This document shows, piece by piece, positions 50,791 through 60,462 of a stretch of 64,000 nt of DNA; position 1 is the stretch's first letter; the number at the start of each line of letters is the position of its first letter. The notes beneath the pieces are model-generated. The model had not been told where the DNA came from. It made no database searches and saw only the letters and a list, made by a program, of their open reading frames with translations. The position numbers and the translations under genes are program-made. Origin of the DNA: Azolla caroliniana (Eukaryota; Plantae; Polypodiophyta); contig JBHGNT010000013.1 of the NCBI GenBank assembly GCA_043228905.1, forward strand, positions 13,454,001 through 13,518,000, in the 5' to 3' direction.

Positions 50791-52599
50791 TGAGGAGCCG
50801 GAGGAGCAGCACCCTAACATGCCACACGTTGGTCACCCCACCCCTACACAGACCTGCCCTGTCCAATGATCCCAATGTCTCCCACTTGTAGTGTCCCACC
50901 CACCCACCCACGCACGCATACACACGAGATTCTCGCATGGTCTCTCACTTCCAAGTTCCCCCCACCTTGCCTCGCGCACAAACGCCTCTTCTTGTACCTC
51001 GGCATAAGGTGTCGCACACTGAACATTTGATGCCACCACACTTGGCGAAAAAGTCGTTTGTTGCCACGTGTCGTGGCCCGCATGCTCCATCTTCATCCCA
51101 TAGGTGTGGCGGGGGAAAAAAAAAAGAGAGACTCGACAAGAACAAGTAGGAAGCCATTGTCTAAGAATCTTAACCTCCATCGTCACCATACCATCATAGC
51201 ACATGTAATCAATCATGTTGGGATCTATTTTAGAATAATCCACATGCTTCTTAAATAGACCTTCTCCGTTTTACTTGTAACGCTAAAAAGTTGTTAAAAA
51301 CAACATATACTTTATTATAAAAATAATTAGAACGAAGGGCCCTTGTTATTGGTTTGGAAAGAATAGTTCTATTATTTCATCCAAGGGAATTTTGATAATA
51401 AAGACATAACGAATAATGTGAAAATATGTTGAAGTGGTTTCGATAGAAGGGATTTTTTACATATGCATTGAGTATGGGTGACACTAGATGGTATATATGT
51501 ATTATGAATCAATATGATGCATGTTTGTTACAAGAACACATGTCAAAAAGGTAATTCTAGAAGAATGAACGGTTTTCTTGTGATTCGACAAAAACACACT
51601 CACATGCATCCTTTACCTTTATGATATAAATTAAGACTTAAATATGCGTGAGATGAGTTTTTTAACATGGACTTGTGAGGTCATATAGATCAACTCGAAG
51701 GATGTTATAACTATCATGAACGTATAATACCCTAGTGAGCCAAACACTAGGATACAATTTAAGGTAATGAAACTTATCATGATATGAACATAATAGCATA
51801 TACCCTTAAATAGATGTAATATGAGCGTAAAGCTTAACTATGCATTGCATATTCTATTAGATAGACAAAAGGGCTTCCGAGTAATAAAAAACAAGAATCT
51901 TAAGTCTTCTACCTCGTTAACTCATAATATAAGCAATTTGTGACAACTAACCAATCATGTTTTCTTTAGATTATTAATGGTGCTTTTCTTGTTAAATGCA
52001 CCCACATTAACCCTATGTTTTAACTTAAGCGCAATATTTCTCAAGTCCTTGTAAGTTCTATTATCATGTTGTAATAGGTATACAATCAGTCATAAGAGTG
52101 ATTGAAAATGTACTTTTGGAAAATAATAATACTAGAGAGGAATTGTAGGGATATGTAATTGAGACTAGTAGTTGAGAGTGCACAATGAAGTCAGTTATGG
52201 GGCACAATGTGAGTAAAGAACACACAAAAGAACAATTAATATAAGACTCCAAAAGAAGGCGTTCAAAGCACAACTTAAAACGACATTAGGTAGCTTAGTT
52301 TGGTTATTTAAACCTCAAATTTCATGAGCTTTCCATCAAGGTATTTTACCTCTAAGAATGTTGTGAATTAAAAGCCCAACATGTAAATGGTGGATAGTGT
52401 TGAAAATGTGAATTAGAAGTTTAAATTTCTTTGGCCAATAGAGCAACTTTGGTATTGAACATAGCATGAAAGAGATTTCAGAAGTTTCATACTCCTGCAG
52501 GGAGGCAAGTTTAAGTTGAGGGCATAAGGAATGATACGACAAAGTTACTAATTTTGTCCATTTCCAATTAGGACAAGCATTTGCAGAGCATTAAGAGTC

Positions 52600-53353
52600 A
52601 ATCTCTGATAGAAAGAGGAACATTACGACACATTCAACCATTGTTTCCAAGTAGGTAGACTCCAATAGAAAGAGGACCCTATGACAAAGAGGAAACCGGA
52701 GCAATAGAAAGAACGGGTTGAGTGAATGCTAGAATGGGGGCAATAATGAATGTGGTGGAAGGAACAATTGGAAGTTTGGCAATAGATGAGGTCATAAAGA
52801 TGGCGAGAGACCTCCAAATAGCCCAAGCAAGGAGGAATGATGGGGATCCTCAAGTTTGACAACATGCATTTGGTGGGAAGGTGCATGTACTATGAAAATC
52901 TGACCACTAAAGAAGAGAATGTGATGAGTTCCAAGAGGCCCTATGGAGAAATGTGGTTTACTTTATAGGAAATAGGGCCTGCTGATTGGAGGTTGGTTGC
53001 TTGGTGAAGCTCCATCATACAACTGCCAATGCTTGGCAAAGTGACTAGACACCCTTTTTATCGCAACTCGATTAGTTGCGAGCCCTTCTTCGTTCTCATG
53101 TAGGAGTCACATTTTCTCCCAATCTCTAGAATTCATTGCCTTGAATGAATAATAGGACTTTTCTCGTATCGATCACTGACCTATCAAGTGTCGAGAAACA
53201 ACCAAACCATTTCTCAAACTCTTGAAGTACTATGGTGGTTCTCTTCTTTGTAATATAATACCACAATTCCATGGAACCCTCTATTTCATAAACAATCATT
53301 CCACATCGAATTACAAATCTTGTTATGGATACTTTTAGGAGATTATCTCTCAT
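52600..53353. mobile_element. Degenerate gypsy gag fragments related to the nested gag-only element
   Basis: The minus ORF 53126-53353 (LQEFEKWFGCFSTLDRSVIDTRKVLLFIQ) aligns by eye with FLEFEHRFARLLEREQRLVGEDKVLMFVK. A plus-strand RECDEFQEALWRNVVYF fragment lies near 52915. Confidence 0.5.
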
Positions 53354-53624
53354 AAAAAAAAATGGATTTCCCAGTAACTACTCCCCCTACTTGAAATATT
53401 GATAAGAATATACAACATAAGAGCTTATTGTGATCCAAAGGCATAATCTTGTGTTGTAAAGACATGCGTTGCCAATTGGCATGGAATACAAGCCTTTCCA
53501 AGGCGTTAGGAGATAATCACCTCCCTAGTTGCGCAACACTTGTATTTCATGATAAGACAATTTTAGAGTTATTATAGCTCAAAAGAAAAGATGTTTTAAG
53601 AAAAAATTAATATAGCACTAATAA

Positions 53625-53698
53625 GCTTTCATAGCTCAGTTGGTTAGAGCACCCGTTTAGTAAGCGGGAGGTCTTGAGTTCGACTCTCAATGAAAGCA
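53625..53698 (+). tRNA. tRNA-Thr (anticodon AGT)
   Basis: GCTTTCA/TGAAAGC acceptor stem, D arm GCTC..GAGC, anticodon arm CCCGT-TTAGTAA-GCGGG and T arm TTGAG-TTCGACT-CTCAA. Confidence 0.97.
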
Positions 53699-53707
53699 AG
53701 TGAACCC

Positions 53708-54053
53708 ATCTTCTTGCCTCCAGTGCAGTCTTATATCTGCCGTTTCCCTTTACACATTTATCGTTCAGATCTAAACGCCCAATTTCTATCCCGAAGTCAT
53801 TTGGTTTTACTTCTGTTAGTTTGATCTCAGTCTCTTATGTTTTTGGTATTATTCAGTGTTCACAACGAGAATCCAGTCAGATCTTCTTGCCTCCAGTGCA
53901 GTCTCATATCTGCCGTTTCGCTTTACACATTTATCGTTCAGATCTAAACGCCCAATTTCTATCCCGAAGTCATTTGGGTTTACTTCTGTTACTTTGATCT
54001 CAGTCTCTTATGTTTTTGGTATTATTCAGTGTTCACAACGAGAATCCAGTCAG
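53708..54053. repeat. 173-bp tandem duplication immediately 3' of the tRNA
   Basis: 53708-53880 and 53881-54053 are nearly identical. Confidence 0.95.
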
Positions 54054-54865
54054 AAGAAGAAGAAACTTCCTAGCCTTGAATTGAATCTTTTACCTTTCAA
54101 ATAACTTGGGGTAATGACGATTATCATGATAAATTGTTATGATTTCATTATATGTACACCTATATTTCCCTACATATATACACATGTTGACCTTGTTTTG
54201 CTTCCTTGATATTCTCCACCCTTCTTTTCTTTGTATTGTTGTATGCTAAGCACTGCAATTGAGTTTCTATGTAAAATCTGTTCGATTGTTTGTGTGAAAA
54301 AGAGTATTCAGATTTTTTGGATTGTATATATACACGGGAGAATCACATTGTGGAATTCCTCAATAAGCTCAGATTTCACTATATTTGCGACAAGTTGTCT
54401 AGACTTATTATGTTGGCCAATTGAAAATTCAGTAATGTGATTCTTACAGTGATCTGATAGGAAAATATGGCTAAACTTTACAGCAGATCATATATTTAGA
54501 AATCTATAATTGATGGTAGTCTTGACAAACACATTCACCTCAAGCTGATGCTTCTCTATCATCGTATCACATATGTTTTGTAACACATATAGGCGTGCCT
54601 TTCGGCATATCGATCAGAGCACATAAAATGGTCAGCTTCTCACTATAGCACCACAATAGATCTCGTCCTCAATGTGATGATGCCAATCATTCATTCATAT
54701 TAAACTCTTTAGGCCTGTAGATTCTCTTGTAATCTCTTATTTGACAAAATTTCTTGCTTCAAAAGAAACATCTACACACACTTCCAATCTTTTAAAATAT
54801 AGTTCCTTTATATATATATATATATATCTTATATTCCATTAACCCTAACAAAACATTGTCACTCC

Positions 54866-56491
54866 CTACACAATGCTATGGGACATAGGAGGATACTGCA
54901 TCACTAGAAAATTGAAGGTGGTGGGACAACCTAGGGAGAGGCCTTTGGGAACAAAGGTGAAGACTAGGGACGACTCCGATGTGAGGTTGAGGGCACGAAT
55001 CCGTCCACCGACATGGAGCCTGAAGTCACTCGAATTCCTGCCTTCGCTAAATTGTGCTGCATTGTGGAAGGTGCCCACGAATTCCTCGCATCCGGAGGTT
55101 GTGTTCGTGGTGGCAGACGGAAGGTTCAAAAAGACATCTAGAATGGCGGGCATGCCCTCGGTCCATGTCAATCCGGCCACTATGAGGTTCTCCTCCTCTG
55201 CCCCTTGTGCCACCGCAGCCATGTCTCGCTTCACTGTGGCGGAGCACGGGGCGAGGATCCACTCCCCCGTCTTGCACAACTTGTCCGAGCTTCTTAATTC
55301 CGCCACTCCGTCGCTAAGCCTCACCGGCACTCCTTGGACCATCCATGGGACATCCACCTCCTCATACACATACCCTAAGTTCCTTGTGTCCAATGCATCC
55401 CTCACCTTCACTCTCACGAGCTCCGCGTCCTCGTTGTAGAATGCAAACTCGGCATCCAAATACTCGGCTTCGTCAATGTCCTCGTTCCCTTCCATGTCCT
55501 TCCAGAGCACCCACATCCGGTCTAGCTCCGCGTGGTGCGGATAGAACACCGGATCCCTAGCGGCCGCGTAAAGCGACCCCATGTCTTTCCCCCCGACCGT
55601 GTTCGCCGAACCCGACCACACATGCATCGAGTTGTGGGGGAACTCCTCCACTGTCCCATATAGGGTCCTGGGAGCCTCTCCATGCTTGAACGGATAACCG
55701 AAGAATCTATACTTGCTCTCGGCATCCCTAACAAGGGACCTGTACACGTATGCCGCGTTCTCGTGGAGTTGTTCCTCCGTGGACCGTGTTTCGGCATTGT
55801 AGGCGTAGTCGATGGCGACCACCGCGGGTGGCATGTGATCAGGATTCCTATAGTTATCCATGAGGACGGGGTATTGGGTGTACATCCATGGCATGGTGGA
55901 GCCATTGGGATGGTCATAGTTCCAGAAGGGGAGCGAGAAAGTGTCATCATCTAGGAGCTTGGCCAGGATCCTCTCGTGGAAGTAGAGGTACCATCTATGG
56001 AAGGGGAAGAAGAGCCAGTTCCCATGGACTTGGAAGAGGAGGTCGGTAGAGTTGTTTTGGTTATAGACTGTGTTGCAATAAGCACAATGGATGTTTGCTT
56101 GTTGGGCGAAGGAACGAGGGTCTTCGGGGGGTAGGTCCTTCATGAGGGAGTAAGCTCTAGCAAGTGTGTCTCCATAGGTGGCATTGGGAAGGTGGGCTGG
56201 CCTTCGGACCTTGAGGGTAGGATAAAGTGTTGGGTTGGGTGTGAAGAGGGGTAAGGGTGTTGTAGCTGGGGGAGGGGCACAACAATTCAAAATCTCGAGT
56301 TCTAATGCGGGGATGTCTGATGGGGCATTGCAACTAGTCATGTTTGGGGATAAGACTGTGCATTGTGCTCGCAATATGAGGTTAGAATTGTGAAGACCAT
56401 AATTAGTGTTATACATAAGAATGATGATGAAGGTGGTGGAGAAGGAGAAGCACATGGGTTTCTTCATTGTTGTAAAAATTGAACCCAACAT
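54866..56491 (-). CDS. PPO: Polyphenol oxidase (catechol oxidase), intronless, probably secretory-type
   Basis: CuA motif QQANIHCAYC..HGNWLFFPFHRWYLYFHERIL and CuB motif PHNSMHVW..AARDPVFYPHHAELDRMW. A DWL-like YLDAEFAFYNE..VRVKVRD..LGYVY and a C-terminal LDVFLN..EEFVGTF domain follow. The N-terminus is short and hydrophobic. Confidence 0.96.
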   Translation of the reverse strand: MLGSIFTTMKKPMCFSFSTTFIIILMYNTNYGLHNSNLILRAQCTVLSPNMTSCNAPSDIPALELEILNCCAPPPATTPLPLFTPNPTLYPTLKVRRPAHLPNATYGDTLARAYSLMKDLPPEDPRSFAQQANIHCAYCNTVYNQNNSTDLLFQVHGNWLFFPFHRWYLYFHERILAKLLDDDTFSLPFWNYDHPNGSTMPWMYTQYPVLMDNYRNPDHMPPAVVAIDYAYNAETRSTEEQLHENAAYVYRSLVRDAESKYRFFGYPFKHGEAPRTLYGTVEEFPHNSMHVWSGSANTVGGKDMGSLYAAARDPVFYPHHAELDRMWVLWKDMEGNEDIDEAEYLDAEFAFYNEDAELVRVKVRDALDTRNLGYVYEEVDVPWMVQGVPVRLSDGVAELRSSDKLCKTGEWILAPCSATVKRDMAAVAQGAEEENLIVAGLTWTEGMPAILDVFLNLPSATTNTTSGCEEFVGTFHNAAQFSEGRNSSDFRLHVGGRIRALNLTSESSLVFTFVPKGLSLGCPTTFNFLVMQYPPMSHSIV

Positions 56492-56549
56492 CCTTCTTTG
56501 TTATGGGTTTGTGCTTGCTTGTTATAAAGAGAATGAGATGCTGCTTATT

Positions 56550-56588
<39 letters not shown>

Positions 56589-58154
56589 AAGAGAGAGCAT
56601 GCTTGTCCTTGTAAATATATCGTGTGTGTCTTCACGCTCCACCAAAAATATTGAATTTATGACACACAATGCACATCAAAGTTTCCATGTCCTTTCTTTG
56701 CCTTTATTTTTTATTTTTTATTTCTTTTCCTTTCTTTGCCTTTATGAGTTTGGAAGTGAGAAAGTAGGGAAATATTTTAGGGTTGTGTTCTCTAATCTAA
56801 GATTAATCGACAAGTTTTGTTGAAACACAATTGCTCATTCTAAGTGGCAATTAACTGTAAGCACTCAATCATTTGGTCTCTTTTACTGAAATTAATGGTT
56901 TTAATTGGGTAGAATGTTATGTCGTTGTCGTTTTCTTTTCTTCTTTTTCCAAAAAATGTTGTCGTTCTCTTATGCACCTCCCCTTTTTCAATAAAACAAT
57001 AAAAGAATATTACTCTTAAATCCTAAAGTCTTCACTTCCCCATTATGATCATAAACTTATACAATGAACACACATACGCACACACATATAGGTAAACGTG
57101 TACACATATGTAACCGTATATTATACATACATACATACATATATATATATATTCAACTTACAAACAAGTACATATATACATACACGTAATACACTTATTG
57201 AGACATAAACTAGAATAAACATATAATATAGACACTTAATACATTATTTATACTCTCCCTTAGACAATAACGCACAATTACATGTATACCCTCATGTGAA
57301 TACCTATGAGTATATACAACCAAACACATTTTAACAAGCATATTCCAAAAACATGAGCACACATGTTCGAATCTTACGCGTCTAATGTAGATGTGTAAGA
57401 TTTGAACATATTCTAGTGCATATGTTCTAGAACGAGGTCACAGAAAGGGTGCCTACAAGTGAACCTACGATGGTCAAGATGGACAAGTTTAACCACATTC
57501 CATAACAAAATTCATCTTCGACATTGCCATCTTCCTGAGTTCAAGTTCCCAATATTGTCATTAAATTTTTCACACTCGCGTGTAATTTCACGATAATGGT
57601 ACATATCAGGCAAGTGTTGTGAATCTCTAAGAGCCACCACCCATCATTGTTGTGATACTTGGTAAGCATTGTTGGGATGATTTGAGGCACCGCATCAAGG
57701 ACTTGGTTAAGGTTGAATGTAGTTCGGTTGTGTAGGAAGTAGGGTGTTATTTGAATGTCTTCTGCCAAGGACGAGAACTCATTGGATGCTTCACCCTCAA
57801 ACTTAGTCCTCTTACACAATACTTTGGACCATAGAATGAACCATACGTATCATACGTGCATTCACATTCGAGAATGATTCAATCAAACGTGTACAGTAAA
57901 TCATCTCAAAGTTGGATTGGATTGACTAGGGTCTATTATATATTGATTCACTCTCAATCCCAATAAGTGGACTCTAATCCATTGTGAATCACTAACATAA
58001 GTATGGTTGCAATATTTACATTGTATCACATGCATACTTTTGGGATGCGAATCAAGACATCTCTATCATCCTCACTTTAGAACTTTACAAAAAAATGAGT
58101 ATGAACTATAGAGATTGAATCAAAATATGTCATTATAAATTATAATCAAACGTT

Positions 58155-58810
58155 CAAAAACTCATAAAACGTATATTCGAGAATATGAAGAAAACATGAC
58201 ATAGGCAGTAGTAGCATAACAACTTACCACTAGGGTGAGCTAATTTCTAATAACAAAGAAAGAAAAAAAGAAACGATCAAAAACTCATAAAACGTATATT
58301 TGAGAATATGAAGAAAACATGACATAGGTAGTAGTAGCATAACAACTTACCACTAGGGTGACCTAATTTCTAATAACAAAGAAAGAAAAAAAGAAAGAAA
58401 AAAAGAAAGAAAAAGGAACATGACACTATCATAAAATTTTGCCATGACATAGGCAATAGTAGCATAACAACTTACCACTCGGGTGAGCTAATTTCTAATA
58501 ACAAAGAAAGAAAGAAAAAGAAGAAAAAGGAACATGACACTAACATAAAATTTTGCCATGACACTAACAAGAGGATATGAGAAAGTTGGCAATTGAACCC
58601 AAGACACAAGTAATAATAGCACAATACCACTAGGTTGTGCTTAGTTCCAATAATAATAAAAAAAAAGAAAAAAACTATTATAACAGTAACATAAAATTTT
58701 GGTATGACATGGTACTAATGAGAGAGAGGAAGAGATGAGAAAATTGGGAATCGAACCCAAGACATAGACAACAATAGCATAACTCCTTACCACTAGGGTG
58801 AGCTAAATGG
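58155..58810. repeat. Degenerate tandem repeats of ~120-170 bp with tRNA/SINE-like heads on the minus strand
   Basis: catgacatagg.agtagtagcataacaacttaccactagggtgagctaa is repeated. The last unit reads tagctcaccctagtggtaagg..GGTTCGATTCC on the minus strand. Confidence 0.75.
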
Positions 58811-59119
58811 TAAAGACAATAAATGAAAAAAAAGAGCACTTATTTTTCCCATTTCAAACGTGTTCGTTTCCAAACATTTGAATGCTTGCACGAACACGAA
58901 TATTACGTTCTATGCAAGTTTGGACCATAGGAAATATTGGACAAAGAGGTTGGAGATATTGGTGCAAAGACCCTAAACTCCAATGTAAGGTTACAAGCTA
59001 AAATGTGTCATCTATTCCTTCTTCTCTACCCCTTAGGATGCTAAACACATGTCTACTTCAATGATGGTGGGTGAGAAACCATTCCCCCATATTGCATATC
59101 TTATCTGAGCTAGTTAATC

Positions 59120-59310
59120 CTTGGTTGGTAGTCCTTCCACCATCCATGTGGCATCCACTTCCTCACACATATAATACCTTAAGTTCATTGTATCCAAAGT
59201 GTCCCTCATATTCACTCTCATGAGCTCTACTTCCTCATTGTAGAATGCAAATTTGGCATCAAAATACTCATCGTCATGTCCCCATTCCCCTTTATATCCT
59301 TCCAAAGTGG
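59120..59310 (-). pseudogene. PPO gene relic (post-CuB/DWL region)
   Basis: LWKDIKGNGD, then after a frameshift DDEYFDAKFAFYNEEVELMRVNMRDTLDTMNLRYY..EEVDATWMVEG. This is collinear with the intact PPO. Confidence 0.88.
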
Positions 59311-59523
59311 TGGGAAACCGGTCCCTCCTGATAGGATCGGATGGATCGGGAAGGTATCCGGTGTGAACCAGAAGTAGGGACATGTTAGTAAACATGTTCT
59401 AATGCGCCCGTTGAGGCCATATTTGTAAATAGCCCTAAAGTTATATAAGTATAAATATAACTAGGGCAATATGAAGTTGGTGCGGTTGTAAGTTAGAACT
59501 TTATTTTGAGTCGTTACCATTGT

Positions 59524-59600
<77 letters not shown>
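59524..59600. repeat. (CA)n(GA)n compound microsatellite at the LINE 3' end
   Basis: Perfect dinucleotide runs. Confidence 0.95.
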
Positions 59601-59604
<4 letters not shown>

Positions 59605-60462
59605 ATTATCGTCTTCGGAGGTCAAATATGACCTATGAGATCAAAAATATTACATTTCACGTGATACGTGTGAAAGTGAGTAGTGACTCTCGATGTTCAA
59701 GAACTTTACCAATGAATGTTGTAATTGAGAGTGCACATTGTGGTTTTGAGAGGAATTCATGCAAGGATTGGGCTCGATCGAAGAGATGTGGAAAGCATGG
59801 TCGAATATGATCAAAGGCAGAGCATTGTATCAAAGTGTGATACTCAGACTTGCGAACTTGTTTAGGGAAAAGTGTGGATAGCCAACCACTCTCATCACTT
59901 GTGCCCCAACGCCTTGCCTCACATCGCAATGCATGTGAGCTAAGTCGCATGGACGCAATGGTTCGAATTGCAGATAACGGTATGGGCTCTAACATGTATT
60001 GACGTGTGCAATTTCCCCGTTTTGCAAAGAATATGGTTTTGTATTTAGGTGCAACATGTGTAGTATAATGTGTGAAGCGTGAGCCTCCACATTTGTCCCA
60101 TGTCATGATACATTGACATTGCAAAAAGGCCTCATTTATAGAGGAATCTAATGATGCATCATGAAGCAAATGTCTTGCATCCCATCTACAAAACCATTTT
60201 TCTATATCTTGCATCCAACCGGAACACAAAATTTAACTTTTATGCGACTTTTGGATATTTTTGCTTGCTTCCCACACAATTCTAGGAAGTCGATGTGAGG
60301 GACTTTTTTGAACCTTAAGCATGTATTCAACAACCCTTTCCATGGCCACGATCTCAATGGGAAGCGATCCCGTCTCAAGGAAGAGGATGTCATGATATGG
60401 CAAGACTCGAACCCATGACCTTATGTTATATGGGTCGAGCTCTTGAGCATTATACCATCTAT
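59601..60462 (-). mobile_element. Non-LTR retrotransposon ORF2 C-terminus, RTEX-like, interrupted by the chromovirus
   Basis: ETGSLPIE..RLPRIVW..GWMQDIEKWF..MRLSSHALRCEARRW..ESEYH-like TLIQCSAFDHIR, a C-terminal Cys/His domain pattern. Frameshifted. Confidence 0.75.

Noticed and set aside
57541-57819. 92-aa ORF as a gene
   Set aside because: It has no recognisable motif, splice context or proper start. It is probably a TE remnant that I cannot classify.
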